64,000 bases of DNA from NCBI GenBank assembly GCA_937949785.1, contig CALEDH010000019.1, positions 398-64,397 on the forward strand. Direction: 5' to 3'. Origin of the DNA: an uncultured Sulfolobales archaeon. Lineage in GTDB: Archaea > Thermoproteota > Thermoprotei_A > Sulfolobales > NBVN01. The position numbers were made by a program, and so were the translations under genes. Below the pieces are notes generated by a model. That model was not told the DNA's origin and made no database searches. It saw only the letters and a program-made list of their open reading frames with translations. Positions 1-9,297 of this stretch are shown piece after piece; the first letter of the stretch is position 1; each line of letters begins with the position of its first letter.

Positions 1-825
1 ATAGACTTAACTACAATAGGTAAGCCTGCAGATTTAGTAGGTAGGAGGATTAGCTTGGTATATAGAGATCCTGCTGATGCTGCTGGTAAGGCTTACGCTT
101 CAGTATTTGTTATTAGGGTTATAAGTGTAGACCCTGTGATTAAGTTTGATAAGCCGTTCTACAACGTAGGTGATGTTGTTAAGGTAATCATAAATGATAT
201 GGATAGAAATGAGTATCCCAACTTTATAGAAACTGTAAGTATTAGGGTGTATTCGGACTCCGACCCAGTTGGTATTACGTTAAGCGCTGCTGAGACCGGT
301 AAGGATACTGGTGTGTTTGAGGGGTCGTTCTTAGTGGCTGAGGCTCCGGGTGGTGGTAGGGTTTACGCTAAGCCTGGAGATAAGATATATGTTGAGTATA
401 AGGATGAGTACCCAGCTGACTTCGGAGTTACTGGTAAGTCTAAGATGTTCTCAGCTACCGTACCTGTCGGCGTACCTGTTGAGAAGCCTATAGTGCCTGA
501 GAAGGCTTCATTCATCGATCCTAAGACAGGTGCTGTCGTCGTACCTAGAGTTGGTGTTATGGTTGGCATATCTGTTGAGTTAAGTAATGTCGGTATTGAT
601 GATAAGGTGTTTACAGCTATATTAGTTGTTAAAGATCCTGAGGGTATTGTCGTTAAGGTTGACTCAGTAAGCATACCTCTAGCTGCTGGTAAGTCAGGTA
701 CTGTGACGTTCTCAGTAGTACCTAAGCTACTTGGTAACTACGTAGTTGAGGTCTACATAGTTAAGTCATTAGCTGATTGGTCACCGCTTGGTGAGATGCT
801 GACAACTACAATGCCTGTTAGTTGA
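1..825 (+). CDS. cell-surface (S-layer-associated?) protein, C-terminal part; 5' end lies upstream of the window
   Basis: Frame 1 is open from base 1 with no stop before TGA 823-825, so the tracked Met at 55 is probably internal. The sequence is beta-rich and Cys-free, with an ETGKDTGVFEG segment and a CARDB-like segment (SVELSNVG...GKSGTVTF...GNYVVEVY). The stop overlaps the next ORF (TTGA at 822-825). Confidence 0.55.
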   Translation: MDLTTIGKPADLVGRRISLVYRDPADAAGKAYASVFVIRVISVDPVIKFDKPFYNVGDVVKVIINDMDRNEYPNFIETVSIRVYSDSDPVGITLSAAETGKDTGVFEGSFLVAEAPGGGRVYAKPGDKIYVEYKDEYPADFGVTGKSKMFSATVPVGVPVEKPIVPEKASFIDPKTGAVVVPRVGVMVGISVELSNVGIDDKVFTAILVVKDPEGIVVKVDSVSIPLAAGKSGTVTFSVVPKLLGNYVVEVYIVKSLADWSPLGEMLTTTMPVS

Positions 826-836
826 GGTGTGTTGAG

Positions 837-2015
837 ATGAGGTCTAACTACGTAATTGCTGCCTTCATGCTGGCGTTACTAGTTATTGGTAGCGGTGTTG
901 TAGTAGCTCAGGCATTAACTGTGAGTACTGATAAGCCTTCCTACATGCCTGGTGAGGTAGTATTAGTCTCAGGTACTGCAGTACCTGGAGCTACAGTAGG
1001 TATTGCTGCGTACAACCCTGCAGGAACTACGGTGTTCTTCACAATGGTTACTGCAGGTGCTGACGGTAAGTTCTCAACATCTATTAAAATACCTGCTAAG
1101 ATTCCGTATGAGGACTGGGTATACGGCGACTACACTGTTGAGGCTAAGGTAGGTACTACTACAGCAACTAAATCATTTAAGATAGCTGCAGCTGCCCTAC
1201 TAGTCGGAACCGTAGTTGATGAGAAGGGTAACCCAGTAGTCGGTGCTGAGGTAAGGGTTAAGGGGACAGCAATATCAACGCTTACAGGTGCTGACGGTAA
1301 GTTCTCATTAAGTGCTGACGTAGGTACTTGGACATTAGTAGTGTCTAAGGCCGGGTACGTTAGCGCTGAGGTAAGCGTCACCGCTGTGTTAGGTGTGAAT
1401 AACGTAGGTGTTATTAAGTTAGCATCGCTTGAATCATTAGTTGCTGAGCTGAGTGCTAAGGTCGAATCACTAAGCAAGGACATCTCAGCGTTAAGTGAGA
1501 AGGTAAGTACTCTGGAGACTCAAGTACCTGCACTAGCTGAAATATCAAGTAAGTTAGATGAGTTAAGTAAGAGTTTAGCAGCATTAAGTAAGGCAGTAAG
1601 CGACTTAAACGCTAAGGTAGATGCTAACGCTAAGTCATTAGCAGATATTAACGCTAAGCTAAGCGCACTAGAAACAAGTGTTAAGGACTCATTAGGTAAG
1701 GTTAACGAAGCATTAGGTAGGGTAACAAGCACGTTAGATGCTTTAAGAGTAGATATAACTGGGTTAAGGACAGACCTAAAGGCATTATCCGACGGTATGA
1801 AGGAACTAGCAACTAAGTCAGAAGTCGCAGCGGTAAAGTCAGACGTAGCAGGGGTAAAGTCGGACGTAGCAGCAGTAGGTGGTAAGGTAGACGCAGTTGG
1901 CGGTGCTGTAGGTGGGTTAAGCGGCGCCGTATACGCTGCAGTAGTACTAGCACTGCTAGCCTTCATAATGTCATTAGTTGTATACATGACTGTTAGGAAA
2001 GCAATAGCTAAGTAA
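837..2015 (+). CDS. membrane-anchored stalk protein: signal peptide, beta-sandwich domains, long heptad coiled coil, C-terminal TM anchor (SlaB-like architecture)
   Basis: ATG at 837 gives MRSNYVIAAFMLALLVIGSGVVVAQA, a signal peptide (the tracked TTG at 822 is an alternative start). A carboxypeptidase-regulatory-like segment is present (VVDEKGNPVVGAEVRVKGT...GADGKFSLS). About 22 consecutive heptads follow (LSAKVES LSKDISA LSEKVST ...). The C-terminal hydrophobic helix is AVYAAVVLALLAFIMSLVVYM. Confidence 0.7.
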   Translation: MRSNYVIAAFMLALLVIGSGVVVAQALTVSTDKPSYMPGEVVLVSGTAVPGATVGIAAYNPAGTTVFFTMVTAGADGKFSTSIKIPAKIPYEDWVYGDYTVEAKVGTTTATKSFKIAAAALLVGTVVDEKGNPVVGAEVRVKGTAISTLTGADGKFSLSADVGTWTLVVSKAGYVSAEVSVTAVLGVNNVGVIKLASLESLVAELSAKVESLSKDISALSEKVSTLETQVPALAEISSKLDELSKSLAALSKAVSDLNAKVDANAKSLADINAKLSALETSVKDSLGKVNEALGRVTSTLDALRVDITGLRTDLKALSDGMKELATKSEVAAVKSDVAGVKSDVAAVGGKVDAVGGAVGGLSGAVYAAVVLALLAFIMSLVVYMTVRKAIAK

Positions 2016-2029
2016 ATAAAAATCAAACA

Positions 2030-2050
2030 TTTTTAAAACTAAAACTTTTT
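2030..2050 (+). terminator. oligo-T tracts downstream of the stalk-protein gene
   Basis: Two T5 runs (2030-2034 and 2046-2050) lie within 35 nt of the stop at 2015. Archaeal termination typically uses oligo-T. Confidence 0.35.
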
Positions 2051-2180
2051 CCTTCTTAACCTCTACAACAAGTTTAACTCAATTAAGTCAACCCTACCCC
2101 AAGTTAGTAGTAAGTACGTCTCCGTCGTTTCTAAGTAGTTGAGGTAGGATGGTAGTGGATGTTAACTATTTTATATTGGA

Positions 2181-2239
2181 GGTTATCAGATACCCTGATG
2201 GTCATCACTTCTCAGTGGGCATGACTCTCATCAGCTAAT
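2181..2239 (-). ncRNA. C/D box sRNA (2'-O-methylation guide)
   Basis: The minus strand reads CUGAUGA-gagucaugccca-CUGA-gaa-GUGAUGA-ccaucaggguau-CUGA (core 2186-2234). This is C, D', C' and D boxes in the canonical order with two exact 12-nt guide spacers. It lies in intergenic DNA. Confidence 0.75.
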
Positions 2240-2289
2240 TAAGAAATACGTTATGTGGTTAAAGAGTATTAACTCGTTTAATAGGATGT

Positions 2290-2994
2290 TTAAAACTTAA
2301 TTAGCTCTAATTCCTTAGACGCTTCCTCAACATCTTTAACAGTATCTATTGACCTCCAATAACACCTATCGAATACTACACCTTTAAGCAGTCCTTCAGA
2401 CGCTAGTTTGGGGAAGGTAGTTCTCTCTAAATCACCTTTCTCAGGTATGTGTTTAAATGCTTCAGGTTTTAACGCGTAAACACCTGCATTTATTAAGTAT
2501 TCGTTAAGCACCGGTTTCTCAATGAATGATACTACACCGCCATCACTGCCTAATCTAACGATGCCGTAAGGTGATTTCAGGGGTACTAACGCGATGACCG
2601 CTAATGCATTACTACCTACTAACTCGCTTACTAACCTACTAACATCTAAGTTTGTAATGATGTCACCGTTAACTACGAGGAATGTTGAGTCGTTGAGAAC
2701 GCCTTCAGCATTCTTTAAAGCCCCTCCAGTACCCAACGGCTCATCCTCAACTACGTAGGTTATCTTAATACCGAACTTACTCCCAGAACCTAAGTAATCA
2801 ATTAACGCCTCCCTCAAATAACTAACAAGTAGAACGTAGGTCTTAACACCGTACCTACGTAACCACTCAACTTGCCACTCAACTACTGCCCTACCACCAA
2901 CCTCAACCAAGGGTTTAGGCCTATCATTGGTTAGAGGTCTTAACCTCTTCCCAAAACCGCCAGCTAATATAGCTACCTTCAACAAAACACCCAA
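2290..2994 (-). CDS. sugar-1-phosphate nucleotidyltransferase (NTP-transferase family)
   Basis: N-terminal signature ILAGGFGKRLRPLTNDRPKPLV, GTGGAL motif, 234 aa. Confidence 0.8.
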   Translation of the reverse strand: MGVLLKVAILAGGFGKRLRPLTNDRPKPLVEVGGRAVVEWQVEWLRRYGVKTYVLLVSYLREALIDYLGSGSKFGIKITYVVEDEPLGTGGALKNAEGVLNDSTFLVVNGDIITNLDVSRLVSELVGSNALAVIALVPLKSPYGIVRLGSDGGVVSFIEKPVLNEYLINAGVYALKPEAFKHIPEKGDLERTTFPKLASEGLLKGVVFDRCYWRSIDTVKDVEEASKELELIKF

Positions 2995-3141
2995 CTAATT
3001 AAGTACGCCATCATGCTTAAATCATTTAATGAAACAATACCTCTAAACTCTAACCTAAACCACTGTAAACTTAAGTTCGGCTTAGAGCTATATGGTGCAA
3101 TGTTTTTAAGCCGGTAGTCATTATTCGTAAAGTGATGTGCT

Positions 3142-3651
3142 ATGGTTGATGAATTACAGTTATTAGTAGACGGTACCTCAACAGTAGCTAGGTTAATGGT
3201 TGTAGCGGCTAAGACCGCACCTAAAGCCCGCGGAATCGATAACTTAGTCGTCAAGGTCTTAGAGAGGCCTGAAGAATTAGAATTACTTGCTAGGAAGATG
3301 GAGGAATTAGCTCAGAACTTCGGTGAGTTCTTCTTAAGGGATGCTCAGAACGTTAGGGCAAGTAATGCAGTAGTTTTAATCGGATGTAAGGCGGTGTCTA
3401 TGGGTTTGAAGAAACCTGAGAGGTGGTTATTAGATGCTGATACCGTATGTAGCTTAGTTAACTTAGGTATCGCTCTAGGGTCTTCTGTTAAAGTGGCTTC
3501 AACGTTAAACGTAGATAATAGGATAATGTTTTCCGTAGGTGTTGCTGCTCAGGAATTAGGGATGGTGGACTGCGATTACGCGTTCGGAATTCCGTTAAGC
3601 ACTAAAGCTAAGAGTCCGTATTTCGATAGGGTCTGGCCGCCTAAGAAGTAA
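3142..3651 (+). CDS. conserved hypothetical protein, DUF2148-like
   Basis: The N-terminal VARLMVVAAKTAPKARGIDN segment resembles the DUF2148 family as I remember it. There is no other recognisable motif. Confidence 0.4.
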   Translation: MVDELQLLVDGTSTVARLMVVAAKTAPKARGIDNLVVKVLERPEELELLARKMEELAQNFGEFFLRDAQNVRASNAVVLIGCKAVSMGLKKPERWLLDADTVCSLVNLGIALGSSVKVASTLNVDNRIMFSVGVAAQELGMVDCDYAFGIPLSTKAKSPYFDRVWPPKK

Positions 3652-4204
3652 TCCCTAAGATTACGGGGATTAGAGGGGTTATGAATACCTCTACGAACGC
3701 AGCTATAGCTAATATAAGGGTGATTGGGATTAAGTACTTAACGTATTTTACTAGTAGTTGCCTAACCGCTATATCCCTTCTCCTCATCAAGTACTTACTT
3801 ATCAGTGCTAATGATAGGGAAGTCCCTAAGGAGGCTGACATCAATATCGCTGGGAGTTCTAGAGCTCCGTGCGGTAGGATGAGGAGTAAGTTATAGGTAG
3901 GCGTGTAGGGTGAGTAGGTTAGGTACGTCCCTAATACGTACCCATTAGTAAATAGGACTAGGATTGGGATGAGTAGTGTGGGGCCTAAGAAGAACGATAT
4001 TAGCGCAACCCTTAAATTGTTTATGAATATTAGTAGGGCTGCTATTAGCGGGTTAATACTTAAGCTCTCCATGATAGGTCTTAACTCCTTAGATAGCTCT
4101 CTGACAAACTCATCAGCAACCTCTGGATGGATCGTCAAACCACTTACAATACCTAAAACATATGAGGTAATCATTAAGACTATTGAAATTCTTAAGTACT
4201 TCAC
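3641..4204 (-). CDS. SpoIIM-like (DUF95) integral membrane protein
   Basis: Multi-TM protein with the PHGALELPAILMSASLG motif typical of the SpoIIM/DUF95 family. Confidence 0.55.
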   Translation of the reverse strand: MKYLRISIVLMITSYVLGIVSGLTIHPEVADEFVRELSKELRPIMESLSINPLIAALLIFINNLRVALISFFLGPTLLIPILVLFTNGYVLGTYLTYSPYTPTYNLLLILPHGALELPAILMSASLGTSLSLALISKYLMRRRDIAVRQLLVKYVKYLIPITLILAIAAFVEVFITPLIPVILGITS

Positions 4205-4299
4205 AGTAGATTAATCGTTAAACCATTTTAAAAGCTTTAACTAACCTACCTATTAACCACTCATTTTTTAACCTACTATTAAGTAGTTTAGTAATTGGT

Positions 4300-6939
4300 A
4301 TGGTTGAAGTAGTTAGTGATGTCCCTGATGAGGGTGAGGTAGTTAAGTCGTTAAGCCCCTACACCTACTCATGGTTCTCTAAGAGGTATTGGGAATTCAC
4401 CCCAGCACAGCTTATGGCAATACCGTACATAAAGTCAGGTAGGAACGTACTTATATCAAGCCCTACCGGGAGTGGTAAGACCTTAGCAGCTTTCCTAGCA
4501 GTAATTGATGAGTTAGTGAGGTTAGCTGAGTTAGGCAGGTTGCAGGAATCGATATACGTACTCTACGTATCACCGCTTAGAGCTCTAAATAATGATATGA
4601 GGAGGAATTTAAGTGAGCCTATCGAAGGTGTGGTTGCTGAGGCCAGGGCCTCAGGCATAGACGTATCTGAGATTAGATTAGCCGTTAGGACTAGCGATAC
4701 GTTACCTAATGAGAGGCAGAGGATGCTTAGAAAACCACCCCACATACTGATAACAACCCCTGAATCCCTCTCCATAGCGCTCTCATCACCTAAGTTTAAG
4801 GGTTTGATGAGTACTGTTAGGTGGGTAGTTGTTGACGAGGTACATGAGTTAGCTGGGAGTAAGAGGGGTGCGCATCTAAGCTTAAGCCTTGAAAGACTTC
4901 AGGAATTCGTCGGACGTAACTTCCAGAGGGTTGGGTTAAGCGCGACTATATCACCGCTCGATGAGATAGCTAAGTTCTTAGTTGGGTATGATGATGAGGG
5001 GAGGTGTAGGGACTGCGTAGTAGTTGACGCTAGATTCGTTAAGCCTATTAGCATTAAGGTAGTATGCCCTAAAGTAGATATAGTTAGAGCTAGTGCTGAG
5101 GAGCTAAACACGGCGATATACGATGTCCTAGCAAGCGTTGTCGAGAGCCATAGGTCTACGTTAGTATTCACGAACACTAGAAGCGCTACCGAGAGGGTAG
5201 TATTCAAACTTAAGAGAATGTTTGAGAGGAACGGAGTAGTAGATGTTGATGAGATCGAAGCGCATCATAGCTCCTTAAGCAGGGAGGTCAGACTAGATGT
5301 TGAGGAGAAGTTAAAGAGGGGTGAGTTAAGATGTGTTGTAAGCTCTACATCACTTGAACTAGGTATTGATGTAGGCTACATAGATGCCGTAGTCCTACTG
5401 AGCTCTCCTAAAAGCGTTACAAGACTTATCCAAAGAGTTGGTAGGTCTGGGCATAATGTGAGAGATATGTGTAGGGGCTACTTAATAGCTGTTGATAGGG
5501 ATGACTTAGTCGAGGTCTCAGTACTTGCTCAGCTAGCTCTTGAGAGGAAATTAGATAACATTCACATCCCTAGGAAGCCATTAGACGTACTCGCCCAACA
5601 TTTAGTGGGTATGTCGTTAGAGAGGAGGTGGAGGGTTGACGAAGCGCTTAAAGTTATTAGGAGGTCTTACAGCTACGTAGACCTAACTAATGATGAATTC
5701 GTTAAGGTGTTGAGGTACTTAGCAGGTAGGTACGAGGAGGAATTAGAGGGTCTTAACGTCTACGCTAAGATATGGTTTGACGAGTTTGAGGGGGTCTTCG
5801 GTAGGAAGAGGGGTTCTAGGATGATATACTACTTAAACGTAGGCGCTATACCTGACGAAGCTAAGGTCAAGGTCTTCACGGATAGCGGTAAGTATGTAGG
5901 TGATTTAGAGGAGGGGTTTGTAGAGTACTTAGAGCCTGGCGATGTATTCGTATTAGGCGGTAGGACATACGAGTTCTTAAGAAGTGATGGTATGAAAGTT
6001 ATTGTTAGTAGGGTTGAGAACGTCAGGCCTACAGTACCAAGTTGGTTCTCCGAAATGTTACCCCTCTCATTCGACTCAGCACTTAAGGTAGGCGAGTTTA
6101 GAGGTATGGTGTACGAATCGATGATTAGGTATGGAGTTGAGGGAGCTGTTAAGGAGTTGATGAGTAAGTACGGGCTGACCCACGACGTAAGTAAGTATAT
6201 AGTTAACTATGTCTACGAACAACTAACCTACCTAGGACTAATACCTAGTGATAAGCTCTACGTTGTGGAGGTGTGGGAGGACTTAGAAAGTAGAACTACT
6301 AACGCAATATTCCACTACCTCCTAGGTAGGAAGGTTAACGACGCCTTATCGAGGGCTTACGCAGCACTCCTCAGCGACTCATTAGGGGTTAACGTTAGGG
6401 TAACAGTAACTGATAACGGGTTCATGCTATCAGTACCGATGAACGCTGGCTTAGACGAACAAACTTTATATGAGTTGGTGAGGTCAGTCACATCAGAAAA
6501 CATAGTAAACATACTTAAGAGGTCCTTAAGGAATAGTGAGCTACTTAAGAGGAGGTTCAGACACTGCGCTGAGAGGGCCTTAGCCCTTCTAAGGAGGTAT
6601 AAAGGCGTGGATACAAGTATTAGTAGGAGGCAGGTGAATTCTGAAACACTACTTAAGGTCGCTAGGAAGTTAGAGGGTTACCCAATACTTGATGAGGCGT
6701 ATAGGGAAGTGCTTGAAGACTACATGGATGTAGGTAACGCTGTGAAAATACTTAAGCAGGTAGAACTCGGTGGGATATCAGTTAAGGTTGTCAGGGTACT
6801 GCTACCATCACCCTTCGCACATAACATTGTTGCCCACGGCTACAGCGATGTGGTTTTAATGGATGATAGGAGGAAACTTCTAATCAAGCTCTACGAAGAG
6901 GTTATGAAGAGGATAAGCCAGCGTGGTAAGGCTTACTAA
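4300..6939 (+). CDS. lhr: Lhr-type ATP-dependent DEAD/DEAH-box helicase
   Basis: Walker A SPTGSGKTLAAFL, DEVHEL box and SAT motif (GLSATI). The helicase C domain (SSTSLELGIDVG...QRVGRSGH) is followed by a long DEAD-associated C-terminal region. 879 aa. Confidence 0.85.
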   Translation: MVEVVSDVPDEGEVVKSLSPYTYSWFSKRYWEFTPAQLMAIPYIKSGRNVLISSPTGSGKTLAAFLAVIDELVRLAELGRLQESIYVLYVSPLRALNNDMRRNLSEPIEGVVAEARASGIDVSEIRLAVRTSDTLPNERQRMLRKPPHILITTPESLSIALSSPKFKGLMSTVRWVVVDEVHELAGSKRGAHLSLSLERLQEFVGRNFQRVGLSATISPLDEIAKFLVGYDDEGRCRDCVVVDARFVKPISIKVVCPKVDIVRASAEELNTAIYDVLASVVESHRSTLVFTNTRSATERVVFKLKRMFERNGVVDVDEIEAHHSSLSREVRLDVEEKLKRGELRCVVSSTSLELGIDVGYIDAVVLLSSPKSVTRLIQRVGRSGHNVRDMCRGYLIAVDRDDLVEVSVLAQLALERKLDNIHIPRKPLDVLAQHLVGMSLERRWRVDEALKVIRRSYSYVDLTNDEFVKVLRYLAGRYEEELEGLNVYAKIWFDEFEGVFGRKRGSRMIYYLNVGAIPDEAKVKVFTDSGKYVGDLEEGFVEYLEPGDVFVLGGRTYEFLRSDGMKVIVSRVENVRPTVPSWFSEMLPLSFDSALKVGEFRGMVYESMIRYGVEGAVKELMSKYGLTHDVSKYIVNYVYEQLTYLGLIPSDKLYVVEVWEDLESRTTNAIFHYLLGRKVNDALSRAYAALLSDSLGVNVRVTVTDNGFMLSVPMNAGLDEQTLYELVRSVTSENIVNILKRSLRNSELLKRRFRHCAERALALLRRYKGVDTSISRRQVNSETLLKVARKLEGYPILDEAYREVLEDYMDVGNAVKILKQVELGGISVKVVRVLLPSPFAHNIVAHGYSDVVLMDDRRKLLIKLYEEVMKRISQRGKAY

Positions 6940-6991
6940 GCTAACTACTAAGTACTTTAACTTAAATCTGAGAATATTAGTGGACATATAG

Positions 6992-8044
6992 ATGTTAAGC
7001 ATTATAGTGCCAACATATAATGAGAGGGATAACGTAGAGGAGTTAATTCGTAGGATTAGTAAGTCGTTAAGAGGGCTGGACTACGAAGTCGTAGTAGTTG
7101 ATGATAACTCACCAGACGGTACTGCAGAGCTTGCTGAGAAACTCTCTGGGGAATTCCCGGTGAAGGTTATTAGGAGGCCCGGTAAGTTAGGCTTAGCTAC
7201 AGCTGTTTTAGAAGGGGTTAGGAAGTCTGTAGGGGAGTACGTAGTCGTTATGGATGCTGACCTACAACACCCCCCTGAAATCATCCCTAAGATGTATGAG
7301 TATGCTTTAAATGGTTATGATTTAGTCATAGCTTCAAGATATGTTAGCGGTGGCTCTGTCAGCGGTTGGAGCTTCGTGAGGAAATCCATTTCTAGGTCAG
7401 CAACACTTATCGCAAAGCTACTGATCCCTAAGGTACGTAGCGTTAAAGACCCGCTCTCAGGCTTCTTTATGTTTAGAAAGGAGGTGTTAAAAGACGTTAA
7501 TTTAAATCCTAGAGGTTTTAAGATATTGATTGAGTTACTGGTTAGAGGTAACTATGTAGGTGTTTACGAAGTCCCCTACAAATTCAACGTTAGGTCTAAG
7601 GGTAAGTCAAAGCTAAGTATTAAGGAGTTAGTAAACTACGTATTACACCTAATAACACTCTCCCCATACACAACACTCATTAAGTTCTTAAGTGTCGGGG
7701 CTTCAGGGACGGTTGTTAATCTAGGGGTTCTATACCTCTTAAGGTACGTATTAGACTTGAAGCATGTGGTAGCGAGCGCTATAGCTATAGAGGCATCGGT
7801 AATTAATAACTACCTACTCCACGAGCAATGGACCTTCAGGGAGAGGAGGGGAGGTAATTGGCTGTATAGGCTTATTAAATTCCACATGACCACCTCACTG
7901 GCAATAACTATGCAGTATATGACTTCTCAAATACTCTACTACTGGTTGGGTTTTGAGTCACTTATATCTCAACTTACCGGTATACTGCTTGGGTTTATAA
8001 TTAATTACCTACTCAGCAGTAGGTATGTATGGTCTCGGAGGTAG
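6992..8044 (+). CDS. GT2 glycosyltransferase (dolichyl-phosphate mannose/glucose synthase-like) fused to a GtrA-like membrane domain
   Basis: LSIIVPTYNERDN, VVVDDNSPDGT and MDADLQHPP motifs. The C-terminal ~120 aa has 4 TM helices of GtrA type. Confidence 0.8.
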   Translation: MLSIIVPTYNERDNVEELIRRISKSLRGLDYEVVVVDDNSPDGTAELAEKLSGEFPVKVIRRPGKLGLATAVLEGVRKSVGEYVVVMDADLQHPPEIIPKMYEYALNGYDLVIASRYVSGGSVSGWSFVRKSISRSATLIAKLLIPKVRSVKDPLSGFFMFRKEVLKDVNLNPRGFKILIELLVRGNYVGVYEVPYKFNVRSKGKSKLSIKELVNYVLHLITLSPYTTLIKFLSVGASGTVVNLGVLYLLRYVLDLKHVVASAIAIEASVINNYLLHEQWTFRERRGGNWLYRLIKFHMTTSLAITMQYMTSQILYYWLGFESLISQLTGILLGFIINYLLSSRYVWSRR

Positions 8045-8061
8045 GGAGTCCTAAAATATGT

Positions 8062-9258
8062 TTACTGTTGAGGTCTGACCTCAGCGGCCCTCCTACCTAA
8101 AGACCTCCCAAGCTCAGTTAGCTTTACGATATCCTCTCTCCCAGGACGTCCTGAAACACTTACCCTACCCTCAACAACCGCTTTAACATCTTCTAACTCC
8201 TTAATAACCTTAGACTCTGCTGCGGATGCCCATAGACCACTACTCACTATACCTACGTACCTACCCTCAAATTTCTTAATCTTCATGAGGTGTAGTACTA
8301 GCTCTATATACGGGAAAACACCTCCATCATATGTAGGTACTCCCAACACGATTACTGGTGAGTCAAACAACTCCTCAACTACATATGTAATCGGCGTGTC
8401 GGGAACCTTCATCAACACAGCCTCGACGTTAGACTCCTCAACACCCTTAGCAACATAGCTGACAACGTTTTCTAAGGTTCCATACATGGTTGAGTATATT
8501 ATGAGGACCTTACGTTCAAACTCAGGCTTAGACCACCTTAAATAAGTCTTCACAGACCCACCTACCTTACTTATCAGCGGGCCGTGGGAAGGAGCTATCA
8601 CCTCAAACTCATACTTAGATAGCTTATCAACAGCCTTAGGTATTTGAGACCTATACAGCGATACTATGTTTGCGAAGTACCTCTTCATAAGGTTTAAGAT
8701 TACGTCCTCATAATCCCTATCCCAGTAACCCCTTATAAGGGCTCCGTAGGAACCGAAAGCATCGCATGAGAATAAGACTTTATCGTTAATTAGGTAGGTC
8801 ATAAAGGTATCCGGCCAGTGGAGCCATGGCGTATGTATAAACTTAAGCGTACGGCTCCCTAAGCTTAACTCATACCCGTCGCTCACTGCTAAGTATTTGA
8901 AGTTCACGTCGTAGAGGTTCTCAATTATCTTAACGCCGATCTCAGTTGTTAAGACGTTCACGTCTGGGAACTCGTTAATGATGTTTGGGAAACTCCCTGA
9001 ATGGTCAGGCTCTCCATGATGTACAACGTAGTAGTCTAAGCTCCTACCACCTAATAACTTCTTAACCTCCTTTACGAAAGCTTCTGAGTATAAGTTCTTA
9101 ACGCCGTCGAAGAGCACTGTCTTATCATCAATTATTAGGTACGAGTTATAAGATATGCCTTCAGGGATATCCCACAGAGATTCAAATAACTTAGTACGTA
9201 GATCGTTTACTGAGATCATGTAGGCGTTCTTCCTAAACTCGTATACCGTTATAGTCAT
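8062..9258 (-). CDS. flavodiiron protein (FprA-like; metallo-beta-lactamase plus flavodoxin domains)
   Basis: HHGEPDHSG di-iron motif in the N-terminal beta-lactamase fold. The C-terminal flavodoxin-like domain begins KVLIIYSTMYG. Confidence 0.8.
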   Translation of the reverse strand: MTITVYEFRKNAYMISVNDLRTKLFESLWDIPEGISYNSYLIIDDKTVLFDGVKNLYSEAFVKEVKKLLGGRSLDYYVVHHGEPDHSGSFPNIINEFPDVNVLTTEIGVKIIENLYDVNFKYLAVSDGYELSLGSRTLKFIHTPWLHWPDTFMTYLINDKVLFSCDAFGSYGALIRGYWDRDYEDVILNLMKRYFANIVSLYRSQIPKAVDKLSKYEFEVIAPSHGPLISKVGGSVKTYLRWSKPEFERKVLIIYSTMYGTLENVVSYVAKGVEESNVEAVLMKVPDTPITYVVEELFDSPVIVLGVPTYDGGVFPYIELVLHLMKIKKFEGRYVGIVSSGLWASAAESKVIKELEDVKAVVEGRVSVSGRPGREDIVKLTELGRSLGRRAAEVRPQQ

Positions 9259-9297
9259 AAAACATCAATTCTACATAGCGGTTAGGAATTTTTAAAA

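Noticed and set aside
363-2026. Antisense ORFs inside the surface-protein genes (363-674, 1130-1483, 1520-2026). Similar antisense ORFs occur throughout the track, for example 4563-4775, 10156-10464, 25805-26302, 38316-38723, 40138-40449, 52038-52343 and 62800-63141.
   Set aside because: They lie opposite strongly supported genes, and their translations are low-complexity Ser/Thr/Leu-rich mirror frames with no motifs. They are typical shadow ORFs of a codon-biased genome.
2137-2166. Apparent repeat GTTGAGGTAGGATGGTAGTGGATGTTAAC, resembling 34064-34087 (GTTGAGGTGGGATGAGTAGTTAAC) and 21996-22015
   Set aside because: The core match is about 14 nt with one mismatch, plus gapped flanks. Given several kb of intergenic sequence and the strong GTT/GAG/GGT compositional bias of this genome, a match of this size is near chance expectation. 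It needs a genome-wide test before being called a repeat family.
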